Below are positions 40,682-49,679 of a stretch of 64,000 nt of DNA, in pieces. The stretch is from an uncultured Gammaproteobacteria bacterium. GTDB taxonomy: Bacteria; Patescibacteriota; Microgenomatia; Levybacterales; UBA12049. The stretch lies in assembly GCA_965230895.1 (NCBI GenBank), contig OZ246394.1, positions 185,316-249,315 on the forward strand, given 5' to 3'. The number at the start of each line of letters is the position of its first letter. Within the stretch, counting starts at the first letter, position 1. The position numbers and the translations under genes are program-made. A model generated the notes under the pieces. That model worked only from the letters and a program-made list of their open reading frames with translations. It did no database searches and was not told where the DNA came from.

Positions 40682-42202
40682 ATGGGAACAGATCAGTTTT
40701 TGCTCTACGGTTCATTGGCGATTCTTTATATTATAGCATTTATCTATATTATCGATTCTGTTAAGCAACATAAATCCCGTGATGTATACCTTAAAAGAGA
40801 AAAGAAAAATGAATCAGTCCTCAAAGCGCGGGAACGCGCACTCAATGCGACCGCTGCCTTGAATACTATTATTTTAGAGACATTGGATCTTGATGAAGCA
40901 ATTGGAAAGATCTCAAATTCTCTTCCACAGTATTTAGGTTATGAGACTGGTGTACTCGCGCTTATTGATGAATCAAAAGGCGTCCTCAAACGTGTCGGTC
41001 TTTCAAGTACTTCAGGCGGTATTGCGGCCGTAAAAGTTTTGGAAATACCATTTTCAAGCATTGAGATTAAATTAAGTGATAAAGAAAACTATTGTATCAA
41101 AGCTCTCGAACAAAAGAAGCCGCTTTATACCCGAGATTTATATGATGTTGTCCGTCCGGCAATTACCCCTGAGAACTCAAAGATTATTCAGAAGCACATG
41201 AATACCAAAACAACACTTATCTTCCCTATCTTTTCAAAAGAAGGAAAGCCGCTTGGAACCTTCCTAATTAGCATGAGCAAAGATTATAGTGAGATATCGG
41301 AATTTGAACATCAGACGATTAAAAATTTCATTGATTCTGTCCGCATTGCTTTAAATAATGCTACCTTATACACATCTCTGCAAAAAGCGACAGACGAGCT
41401 CAAAGAAGCAAATGAAAAACTGAAAGAATTGGATACGCTGAAAAATGAATTTGTTTCTGTGGCTTCTCATGAACTTCGTACGCCGATGACTGCTATCAAA
41501 TCATACCTCTGGATGGCACTTGAAGACCGTGGAGGTAAGCTGAATGAAAAGCAGCGTTACTATATCCAACGAGGATATAATTCGGTGGATCGGCTTATAC
41601 GCCTTGTCAATGACATGCTCAACATTTCTCGTATTGAAGCAGGAAGAATTACCGTAAATATGCAATCTGTTGATCTTGAAAAATTAGCTCAAGAAGTTAT
41701 CGATGAAGTGCAGCCGCGTGCAAAAGAAGTTGGTGTGAGCGTCACAATGGAAAAGCATGAGAAATTACCTCAAGTGCTTGCTGACTCTGATAAGATTAAA
41801 GAAGTCTTCTTTAATTTGATTGGTAATTCAATCAAATTTACACCAAAAGATGGGAAGATTACTGTCGGGTTTAGACAAAAAGATGGACTCATTGAGACTG
41901 TGATCAAAGATACAGGGAGTGGTATTGAAGCTGAAGATATCGGAAAGCTTTTCCAGAAATTCGGACTTCTTCCTGGTTCTTATACAACTAATCAGCCTGC
42001 AATGGGTACTGGTTTGGGGCTTTATATCTGCCGATCAATTGTGGAATTACATCAAGGAAAGATCTGGGCAGAATCTGATGGACGAGGTAAAGGTGCGACA
42101 TTTACATTCCAATTAAAAAAGTTTTCCAAAGCTGACCAAGAAGAATTTAATATGAGTACCGCGGATAAAGAAGATGCGGGATTGATCCACAGTGAAATTT
42201 AA
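40682..42202 (+). CDS. sensor histidine kinase (TM + GAF + HisKA + HATPase_c)
   Basis: N-terminal TM helix, H-box FVSVASHELRTPMT, and a C-terminal G-box pattern. Confidence 0.8.
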   Translation: MGTDQFLLYGSLAILYIIAFIYIIDSVKQHKSRDVYLKREKKNESVLKARERALNATAALNTIILETLDLDEAIGKISNSLPQYLGYETGVLALIDESKGVLKRVGLSSTSGGIAAVKVLEIPFSSIEIKLSDKENYCIKALEQKKPLYTRDLYDVVRPAITPENSKIIQKHMNTKTTLIFPIFSKEGKPLGTFLISMSKDYSEISEFEHQTIKNFIDSVRIALNNATLYTSLQKATDELKEANEKLKELDTLKNEFVSVASHELRTPMTAIKSYLWMALEDRGGKLNEKQRYYIQRGYNSVDRLIRLVNDMLNISRIEAGRITVNMQSVDLEKLAQEVIDEVQPRAKEVGVSVTMEKHEKLPQVLADSDKIKEVFFNLIGNSIKFTPKDGKITVGFRQKDGLIETVIKDTGSGIEAEDIGKLFQKFGLLPGSYTTNQPAMGTGLGLYICRSIVELHQGKIWAESDGRGKGATFTFQLKKFSKADQEEFNMSTADKEDAGLIHSEI

Positions 42203-42230
42203 TGCACAATAGTTCAGTATCTGCTATAGT

Positions 42231-43085
42231 TTGAATATGATAGATCCCTCCATTCCTTTTTATCTCTTCATTTTTCTTTTGGGTACAATTGTCGGAAGTT
42301 TCCTCGGAGTTGTGGCTGATCGAGTCGCAAACAATGAACCTATCTGGAAAGGAAGATCCCATTGTGATCATTGCCGACACAAGCTTCATTGGAATGATCT
42401 TATCCCACTCGTTTCATTCCTTATGTTGAAGAGAAAATGCAGATATTGTCATAAAGCGCTCGATTGGAATTATTTCACGATTGAAGTAGTGACCAGTTTA
42501 AGCTTTGTCCTGGCAACCTATGCGCTTTTCCAGGATAGCTTGGCAATATTCTTTGGATTGCAATATCAGCTTGTACTTCTTTACTACTTTGCGATTATAA
42601 GTTCACTCATAGCCATTGCTTTCACTGATATTAAGTATGGGATTATTCCATTCAAAGTGGTAGCGGTTGCGGTGGCAATTGCTGTCTTCTGGTTTTTCCT
42701 TTTCCCTGGGTTGTATATCTCTCCTCTTGAAGCGTCAGCGCTTGGATTGCAAACAGATATTCTTAATTTGCTCGCCTCAGGATTTGGAGCAGCGTTATTC
42801 TTCTTTGCTATGTTTTACATCACCAAAGGTCGAGGTTTGGGTTTTGGGGATGTTGTCTATGCTTTCCTCATGGGTCTTATCTTGGGTTTCCCTAAAGTCA
42901 TTTTGGCTTTGTATATTGCATTTGTTACGGGAGCAGTTGTTGCTTTGGTCCTTATTCTTTTAAAGAAAAAGAAGTTCAAAGGTGGGACAATACCGTTTGG
43001 TCCATTTCTTGTGATAGGCACGATTGTCAGTTTATTGTGGGGAAATACGATTATTGATTTTGCAATGCAATTCGTTGGATTGTAA
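42231..43085 (+). CDS. pilD: prepilin peptidase (A24 family)
   Basis: N-terminal CDHCRHKL...CRYCHKAL zinc-binding tetracysteine motif and a polytopic membrane body. Confidence 0.8.
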   Translation: MNMIDPSIPFYLFIFLLGTIVGSFLGVVADRVANNEPIWKGRSHCDHCRHKLHWNDLIPLVSFLMLKRKCRYCHKALDWNYFTIEVVTSLSFVLATYALFQDSLAIFFGLQYQLVLLYYFAIISSLIAIAFTDIKYGIIPFKVVAVAVAIAVFWFFLFPGLYISPLEASALGLQTDILNLLASGFGAALFFFAMFYITKGRGLGFGDVVYAFLMGLILGFPKVILALYIAFVTGAVVALVLILLKKKKFKGGTIPFGPFLVIGTIVSLLWGNTIIDFAMQFVGL

Positions 43086-43130
43086 GTTGCGAGTTGAAAT
43101 TCCGGACGGGGCCAGTTAATAATAAAGTAT

Positions 43131-43640
43131 ATGCAAAAAGGATTTACACTTGTTGAAATGCTCATTGTTCTCGGTATTGTGGGAATTGTAGCAACCATGC
43201 TTATCGTCGGGATCAACCCTCTTGATCAGATACGTAAATCAAGTGATGCTGATCGGAAGTCAGATATCGCGCAACTTCAAAAGGCTTTAGAATTATATTA
43301 TCAAGATAACGGCAGCTATCCTCCATCATCTGCAGATTACAAACTCTACATTAACAGTTCAACTCTTGCCTGGGGAACTGGTACATGGTTGCCGTACATG
43401 AGTAAACTGCCGAAAGATCCAAGTCCACAACGATCATATGTTTATTACGTCCCTGCATCATCAAATGGACAAACGTATTATATCTATAGTAGTTTAGAGA
43501 GAGGATCGAAAGATCCACAAGTATGTAATGCCGGGAATGCTTGTGTCAGTATCACTGCAGGCGTTGCTGGTTTCCCGACTGCAACTGCTTGTGGCACAAC
43601 GTGTAATTACGGAGTTTCCAGTCCAAATGTTTCACCATGA
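43131..43640 (+). CDS. type IV pilin
   Basis: Class III signal MQKGFTLVEMLIVLGIVGIV. Confidence 0.8.
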   Translation: MQKGFTLVEMLIVLGIVGIVATMLIVGINPLDQIRKSSDADRKSDIAQLQKALELYYQDNGSYPPSSADYKLYINSSTLAWGTGTWLPYMSKLPKDPSPQRSYVYYVPASSNGQTYYIYSSLERGSKDPQVCNAGNACVSITAGVAGFPTATACGTTCNYGVSSPNVSP

Positions 43641-44080
43641 GAAAGTTATTTAAGCAATCAAAAGGATTTACATTGATCGAATTATTAATTGTGCTGGCAA
43701 TTATCGGTACGTTAACTTCTATTATCATGGTTAATTTCCTGAGCGCTCGTGAACGTGGCCGCGATGGTGAACGAAAGTCAGAACTAAGACAATTACAAAC
43801 TGCTTTTGAATTATATCGAGCAGATCAAGGTACGTATCCACCAGCACCACTTCCAACCTGTGATACTCCGCTCACCAATGGTGGCACAACCTACATCCAG
43901 AAAATCCCATGCGATCCAACGAATTCAGGCCAACATGTCTACACATATACAACGACTGGAACAACATACAATCTTTTCTCATGTCTCGAGAATGAAAAAG
44001 ATGCGCAAAAAGACAAAGTAAATAATGCGACCTATTGTTCCGGTACAACAAATTGGTCCTTCACTCTCACCAACCCCTAA
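43637..44080 (+). CDS. type IV pilin
   Basis: MRKLFKQSKGFTLIELLIVLAIIG. Confidence 0.8.
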   Translation: MRKLFKQSKGFTLIELLIVLAIIGTLTSIIMVNFLSARERGRDGERKSELRQLQTAFELYRADQGTYPPAPLPTCDTPLTNGGTTYIQKIPCDPTNSGQHVYTYTTTGTTYNLFSCLENEKDAQKDKVNNATYCSGTTNWSFTLTNP

Positions 44081-44090
44081 AGGAAATTAA

Positions 44091-44118
44091 GAGTTGAGAA
44101 TTGAGAATTGAAAGTCGA
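44091..44118. repeat. heptamer array GAGTTGA GAATTGA GAATTGA AAGTCGA upstream of the third pilin gene
   Basis: Three to four 7-bp units; can be read as TTGAGA-N18-TATAAG promoter-like hexamers. Confidence 0.45.
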
Positions 44119-44131
44119 TAATGGTATAAGC

Positions 44132-44620
44132 ATGAGAAAACTCTCAACTGATATTCAACACTCAATTCAGCGCGGGTTTACACTCTTGGAACTCTTGGTG
44201 GTTATAGGGATCATTGGTGCGCTTACTTCTATTGGCTTGGCTTCATATTCAAGTTACACAACTGGACAAGCAATTCAGATCGCTTCAGCAGATATGATGC
44301 ACATGCTGAATCGTGCTAAATCAAGTTCTCTTTCTCAAGTAAAGCAACCGCAATGTGGTGCCAATCCAATTACTGGCTATCAAGTTTCATTTACGGTTCC
44401 AGGTCCAGCGTATACGATGTCAGTCCGATGCAATAACACCACCTACCCAGTGACATCAAAAGAGCTCCCGACTGGTGTAACGTTCGCCAATGGATCGACG
44501 ACAATGATTTTCTTCCCAGTTCTTAAAGGTACCAGTTCCCCTGCGACGATTACTTTGAATGGACAAACCAAAACAAAAGTTATTACCGTTACATCGACAG
44601 GCAATATTACCTCCAATTGA
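44132..44620 (+). CDS. type IV pilin-like (minor pilin)
   Basis: ...QRGFTLLELLVVIGIIG; start taken at the internal ATG of the TTG-initiated ORF 44108..44620. Confidence 0.7.
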   Translation: MRKLSTDIQHSIQRGFTLLELLVVIGIIGALTSIGLASYSSYTTGQAIQIASADMMHMLNRAKSSSLSQVKQPQCGANPITGYQVSFTVPGPAYTMSVRCNNTTYPVTSKELPTGVTFANGSTTMIFFPVLKGTSSPATITLNGQTKTKVITVTSTGNITSN

Positions 44621-44656
44621 GTTGCGAGTTGAAAGTTGCGAGTTGAGAGTTGATAA
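44620..44656. repeat. heptamer array GAGTTGC GAGTTGA AAGTTGC GAGTTGA GAGTTGA upstream of the fourth pilin gene
   Basis: Five 7-bp units in tandem. Confidence 0.5.
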
Positions 44657-44694
44657 TAAAATAAGTGAAGAAAATTTTCCATTTTCAATTTTCA

Positions 44695-45150
44695 ATGCAA
44701 AAGGGTGAAACACTTATTGAAGCATTGGCTGCGCTGGCATTAGTTGCGATTGTAATCTCGGCAATCACGACACTTATTACCACATCATTAAGCAACGCAA
44801 CTTATAATGAAAACCAAACGCTTGCGACCAAATTTGCTCAGCAAGGTATCGAATCAGTTCGTCAAATCAGAAATGCGAATTATGTAGCCTTCCGTACCTA
44901 TAATGGTTTGTATTGTCTTGGGAAAGGTCAGAGTTCACTTGGTCCACCACAATCAGCATGTGCGGCTCCTAACACCGATAACTTTATCCGATCCGTCCAA
45001 ATTGAACAGACACCAGGTTGTGCGACAAATGTTGCTCGTATCACTGTAAATGTGGCTTTCACAGATGGGAAATGTACAGGTAACTCGTATTGTCATATCC
45101 AGACCCACACATCATGTCTTTCAACTGTTAATCCAAATGGAACATTATGA
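44695..45150 (+). CDS. type IV pilin-like (minor pilin)
   Basis: MQKGETLIEALAALALVAIV; the ORF is open from a GTG at 44665. Confidence 0.65.
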   Translation: MQKGETLIEALAALALVAIVISAITTLITTSLSNATYNENQTLATKFAQQGIESVRQIRNANYVAFRTYNGLYCLGKGQSSLGPPQSACAAPNTDNFIRSVQIEQTPGCATNVARITVNVAFTDGKCTGNSYCHIQTHTSCLSTVNPNGTL

Positions 45151-45665
45151 GAAAGGTAGCATTACAAAAAGGATATACATTAGTTGAGCTTTTGGTTGTT
45201 ATAACGATTCTAAGTGTTATTGGTGTTATTGTGGTTACCGTTATCACTATTAGTCTCCGTGGTTCGCAGAAGTCAGATAAACTCGAAATCGTCAGACAAG
45301 GTGGCGATACAGCGATGTCGCAAATGGTACGGAGCATCCGATATGCAAAGTCTTTGGACTCCCCCGCTTCATGTGTCCCCGCGACCAATGTCTCTTCCAT
45401 CACTATTACATCATTACAAGATAATGGACAGACAACCTATAGCTGCGCATCAAATGCCATTGCTTCAAATAGTGCACCGCTTGTCGATACAAATGCAGTG
45501 AATGTGAATGCCTGTTCATTTACCTGTTCGCAACAACGAGTGAGTGATCCTCCAACCATTCAAATACAGTTTTCTTTGAGCGCGAAGAATGAAAGTAGCT
45601 TCACAGAGACCAAGGCTGTGATTCCTTTTCAGACCAGTGTAACGTTGCGTAATTACGCTCGATAA
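45147..45665 (+). CDS. type IV pilin-like (minor pilin)
   Basis: MRKVALQKGYTLVELLVVITILS; ATGA overlap with the previous gene. Confidence 0.7.
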   Translation: MRKVALQKGYTLVELLVVITILSVIGVIVVTVITISLRGSQKSDKLEIVRQGGDTAMSQMVRSIRYAKSLDSPASCVPATNVSSITITSLQDNGQTTYSCASNAIASNSAPLVDTNAVNVNACSFTCSQQRVSDPPTIQIQFSLSAKNESSFTETKAVIPFQTSVTLRNYAR

Positions 45666-45709
45666 CGATTGACACTACCTCTACAGCTTGTTACGATAAA
45701 TACGGAGTA

Positions 45710-46531
45710 TTGTATTTACGAATGGAATATCAAAGAGGACAAGTCCTACTTATTGTTGTTTTAGTTATGGTTACTGCATTAACAGTTGGCTTATCTGTCG
45801 CCGCCCGCACAATTACAAATATCAGAACATCTCAGGAAGCTGAAAATTCTGAAAAAGCCTTTTCTGCTGCTGAAGCTGGGATCGAACAATCACTAACAAA
45901 TGGTGTTCCAGTGAATGGAAGTTTTTCAAATAAATCGACATACCAGACAACAGTTAGCACCATTGCTGGAGTTGAGTTTGCTTTGAATAACGGAGTGCCT
46001 GTGCTGAAAGATGATTCACTTGATCTTTGGCTTTCAACCTACCCTGCTTACAGTAATCCATGGAGCGGGACACTGACGCTTTATTGGGGCGATTCCGGGA
46101 ATTCATGTACACCATCAGAATCCACAAATACTATGGCAGCGCTTGAGATCATCGTCATGAGCGGGACAAAGGCAAATCCCCAAACCACCCGATATGCAGT
46201 CGATCCCTGCTCGCAACGAAGCTTGAGTAATAAGTTCGAATTTATTTCTCCAGGTGGTGGTACAGTTGCGGGGAAGAATTATGCTTTCCGCCGAACCATC
46301 AATGTCAGTTCTGGTATGTTTGTCCGTATCATTCCTCTCTATTCTCCAACCAATATCGCAGTCCGAGGATGCGATGCAGCAAATACTACATGCAACGCAT
46401 TACCTTCTCAAGGAACCGTTGTTGAAGCTGTCGGTACAGCAGATAATACAACAAGAAAATTAGTGAGTTTCCGACGCTATCCAAAACTGCCCACAGAACT
46501 TTTCCCATATAGTTTCTTTGCACCGCAATAG
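45710..46531 (+). CDS. PilX-like minor pilin/pilus assembly protein
   Basis: N-terminal ...RGQVLLIVVLVMVTALT, a PilX_N-type hydrophobic segment. Confidence 0.5.
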   Translation: MYLRMEYQRGQVLLIVVLVMVTALTVGLSVAARTITNIRTSQEAENSEKAFSAAEAGIEQSLTNGVPVNGSFSNKSTYQTTVSTIAGVEFALNNGVPVLKDDSLDLWLSTYPAYSNPWSGTLTLYWGDSGNSCTPSESTNTMAALEIIVMSGTKANPQTTRYAVDPCSQRSLSNKFEFISPGGGTVAGKNYAFRRTINVSSGMFVRIIPLYSPTNIAVRGCDAANTTCNALPSQGTVVEAVGTADNTTRKLVSFRRYPKLPTELFPYSFFAPQ

Positions 46532-46533
46532 AT

Positions 46534-47568
46534 ATGAAAAGTAATGCTTTTGGATTAGATATAGGAACAAACTCGATTAAGGTCGCGTGGCTCAACCGTG
46601 ACAATAACACCATTTCGTATGGGACCTCACATATCGTGCCAACTCCTGCACAAGGTATGCAATCTGAGTCTCCATTTGATCATCAGGAAATGGCGCAAGT
46701 AATCAACAAAGCGGTTATTGATGCCAAGATCAGTACGAACAATGTAAATATCGCCTTGCCAGAAAATCATGCTTATACCAAAGTAGTCGAGATGCCAAAC
46801 CTTTCCGACAAAGAATTATCCAGTGCTATTTATTGGGAAGCTGAACAATATATTCCTGTACCATTAGATACGGTAACGTTAGCATGGAGTAAGCTGCGTC
46901 CGATTAAGAGTGCCGTCGGTGAGGACAGAATGCAGGTGCTTCTCGTCGCTGCGCCGAAGGATTTGATTAAACGATACCAGACAATTCTGGATCTTGCTGG
47001 TTTGACAATCGTTTCCGTCGAAACAGAAATTCTTTCTGTCATCCGTGGACTTATTCCACAAAGTAACAATCCGACATCACTGATCGCAAATATCGGAGCG
47101 ATGGGAACAACGCTTGGTATTGTCCAAAACGGTATCATTCTCTTTAATTATTTTGTCCCGCTCGGAGGAGTTGCTTTGACTCGAGCGATTGCTTCGGATT
47201 TTGGATTGCCGATTGATCAAGCAGAAGAATACAAACGAACGTATGGACTTTCTGATAGGAATTTTGGGGGCAAAGTCGGTCAAGCAATTTCTCCTATTTT
47301 GACAGCACTTTTGAGTGAAGTAAAAAAGGCGCTGACGTTTTATAACGATAAATACAAAAATGAAGTGCCAATCACCCAAATCCTTCTGACCGGTGGTGGG
47401 GCAAATCTTCCTGGTTTGGCAATCTATTTTGCGCAAAATATGGGACTTGAAGCAGTCATCGCAAACCCTTGGAGTATGCTCAATATCCAAGGCGTTCCTG
47501 CTGGAATTGAAGCAAAAGGTCCTGAGTACGCAGTCGCTGTTGGATTGGCTATGAAAGAATATGAGTGA
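46534..47568 (+). CDS. pilM: type IV pilus assembly protein PilM (actin-like ATPase)
   Basis: FGLDIGTNSIKVAWL phosphate-1 motif and PilM length. Confidence 0.8.
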   Translation: MKSNAFGLDIGTNSIKVAWLNRDNNTISYGTSHIVPTPAQGMQSESPFDHQEMAQVINKAVIDAKISTNNVNIALPENHAYTKVVEMPNLSDKELSSAIYWEAEQYIPVPLDTVTLAWSKLRPIKSAVGEDRMQVLLVAAPKDLIKRYQTILDLAGLTIVSVETEILSVIRGLIPQSNNPTSLIANIGAMGTTLGIVQNGIILFNYFVPLGGVALTRAIASDFGLPIDQAEEYKRTYGLSDRNFGGKVGQAISPILTALLSEVKKALTFYNDKYKNEVPITQILLTGGGANLPGLAIYFAQNMGLEAVIANPWSMLNIQGVPAGIEAKGPEYAVAVGLAMKEYE

Positions 47569-48100
47569 TGGAATAAATCTCCTTGATCCGAATAAAAAGA
47601 ATGAAAACCTGCTTCCTGCTAAAAGGATGCAGTTCATGAATTATTTCGCGATTGGGTTGTTGTTTATTGTTTCTGTGTCGTCTGTCACATTATTCATCCT
47701 TATCTCATTATCTCCATTGCCTGAACTAAAGAGGCAAGAGGCTGGTTTGCGAAATACATTGGCGCAATCAAGTGAAGATATGGCAAAGCTCGCACTTCTT
47801 GATGAGCGGACTGGTGCTATAGCGGATTTGCTAAAGAAACGGACAGCATATGATAAGACCATAAGCTTACTACAAGCAAAGCTCCCAAACAATGCAGCAA
47901 TCAGTTCAATCCGTGTTGATCAAAAGACATTGGTGGTTACCGTGGAGAGTAGTTCATTGCAAGCGCTTGATACATTTCTCAACGGCATGATTGGGTATGT
48001 GCAGAGCAAGGAAGCATTTTCGCAAGTTACGATGACAAGTCTTTCAACCGATGTTGAAACAAATGGATATTCTCTGACCGTGAGTTTGGTCATGTTATAA
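47561..48100 (+). CDS. pilN: PilN-like pilus assembly protein
   Basis: INLLDP N-terminus and a single TM helix. Confidence 0.55.
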   Translation: MSDGINLLDPNKKNENLLPAKRMQFMNYFAIGLLFIVSVSSVTLFILISLSPLPELKRQEAGLRNTLAQSSEDMAKLALLDERTGAIADLLKKRTAYDKTISLLQAKLPNNAAISSIRVDQKTLVVTVESSSLQALDTFLNGMIGYVQSKEAFSQVTMTSLSTDVETNGYSLTVSLVML

Positions 48101-48102
48101 GT

Positions 48103-48846
48103 ATGAGTAAAGAAACGTGGATAGGCAAAAAAGGCCTACGATATTGGTATTACAAATATAGAGATTCAGAGTATTTTTCTCTTGGCTTTACTGCGGTTGC
48201 GGTCGTCGGATGTTTGATTCTTCTTTTTTATGTCATTATCCCTCAGGTGACGAGTTGGTTCTCTATCCGTGATGAAATTATCGCTACTCGTGAACGAATC
48301 TCTGTCTTGCAGGATAATATCAATTTCATGAACAATCTCGACAAAGGCCAGATGAATACACAGATTCAAACAGCTGCCGGTGCACTCCCTCCTGAAAAAG
48401 ATTTCGGGTCAATGCTGGATGTACTTTCTGGAGCAGCAGTATCTTCCGGAGTCTCTCTCAATGATTTCTCTTTCCAGGTCGGTAATGTCGCTTCTTCATC
48501 AGGTATGGTTCTGGATGAGCGTCATAAAAATCTCGCTTCAGTGAAGATAACTGTAGTTGCTTTAGGAAGTGTCGATAAGGTAAAGAAGTTCATTAGCACG
48601 GTCCAGAATAGTGTGCCGATCTCTGAAGTCGTGAACATCGATGGAAGTGGACAGACGATTTCGATAAGTATTCAATTTTATCAAAAGAATTTGAAGGATG
48701 TGAAGATCCAGGAAGATCAGCCGCTTAAGCCGCTTTCTGCTGAGAAGTTCGCATTGTTGCAGCAATTGAATACATGGAAGAAGAGTCAAACAAATGTGAA
48801 TTTTGAAAGTTCTGATGCAAGCGGAGGTGCGCTTCCACTCTTTTAA
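48103..48846 (+). CDS. pilO: PilO-like pilus assembly protein
   Basis: Single TM helix plus a periplasmic domain, in pilMNO order. Confidence 0.5.
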   Translation: MSKETWIGKKGLRYWYYKYRDSEYFSLGFTAVAVVGCLILLFYVIIPQVTSWFSIRDEIIATRERISVLQDNINFMNNLDKGQMNTQIQTAAGALPPEKDFGSMLDVLSGAAVSSGVSLNDFSFQVGNVASSSGMVLDERHKNLASVKITVVALGSVDKVKKFISTVQNSVPISEVVNIDGSGQTISISIQFYQKNLKDVKIQEDQPLKPLSAEKFALLQQLNTWKKSQTNVNFESSDASGGALPLF

Positions 48847-48858
48847 CCCCTACCTCTT

Positions 48859-48903
48859 GTCATCCTAAGTACCCGGATGGGTAGAATTTAGTTCAGGATC
48901 ACC
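48859..48903. repeat. member A of the ATCCTGAA...TTCAGGAT hairpin-repeat family (expanded loop)
   Basis: GTCATCCTAAGT...AGTTCAGGATCAC; compare 52830..52850 and 54173..54193. Confidence 0.4.
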
Positions 48904-48926
48904 AATAAAAGCGTGTTTCTTTTCTT

Positions 48927-49078
48927 GTACTTTTGACCGCAAAAGTACCAAAACTCTGTCCGCTCATGAAGTCGGGCTAAAATTACTCCGTTCACTTCCG
49001 GGGGAAACACTCCCCCTCCGGCAATTCGCCGGTGGTCCCCCTGGACGTTCTCTTCGTAATTTCTTTACGCCCTTTGTT
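48927..49078. ncRNA. candidate structured RNA / structured repeat element, copy 1
   Basis: ~150 nt, ~75% identical to 57982..58130. Three hairpins are preserved by compensatory changes (GTACTTTTG-ACCG-CAAAAGTAC vs CTACTTTG-GCCG-CAAAGTAG; CCGGC-AATTC-GCCGG vs TCAGC-AATTC-GCTGG; CCGGGGG-loop-CCCCC). Confidence 0.45.
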
Positions 49079-49117
49079 CAACGCTCCCAAAATTGTCAAA
49101 TGTGTTTTATATTGTAC

Positions 49118-49651
49118 TCAAATTGCCGAACTTTTTTGTTTTAAATATTCTAAAAGTTCTTTTTCATAACCCATTATTGACCAATTTTTATCCTGGGTTT
49201 TAATAATTACTTCATATAAACTTTCAATTGAAACCCATTTCACTTCTTCAACTTCATCCTTTTCTAATGTTAATTCGGCAACTTTCCCATTCCAAAATAA
49301 ATAATGTACTCCTTGAAACTCTTTTCCTTGTAAGTCTTTGAAAATAGTAAACTGATGTATATCTTCTTCAAGCGCCTGAATGCCTAACTCTTCTTCTAAT
49401 TCATTTCTGGCATTTGTGATGTAGGCTTCATCAGGTGCCATGTGTCCTCCAAAGAAGGGTTCCCATTTCCCAGGATTCATGTCTTTTAGTAGAGATCTTT
49501 TTTGACAGAGTATTTCACTGTGAGAATTAATAATCCAAATATGTGCAGTTCTATGCCAATATCCATCTCTATGCACTTCATGTCTTGGCTTAGGTTCTGT
49601 TGGGATATTGTTCTCATCAACTACGAACAAGAGTTCACTACGATTAATCAT
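49118..49651 (-). CDS. NUDIX hydrolase
   Basis: Nudix box GGHMAPDEAYITNARNELEEELG. Confidence 0.7.
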   Translation of the reverse strand: MINRSELLFVVDENNIPTEPKPRHEVHRDGYWHRTAHIWIINSHSEILCQKRSLLKDMNPGKWEPFFGGHMAPDEAYITNARNELEEELGIQALEEDIHQFTIFKDLQGKEFQGVHYLFWNGKVAELTLEKDEVEEVKWVSIESLYEVIIKTQDKNWSIMGYEKELLEYLKQKSSAI

Positions 49652-49679
49652 TAGCTGAGTATATCAGAAAGAGGTATAT

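Noticed and set aside
44091-44656. Possibility that the GAGTTGA arrays are a CRISPR array
   Set aside because: Repeat unit is only 7 bp with no spacers, arrays are tiny and scattered in promoter regions, and no cas genes are present.
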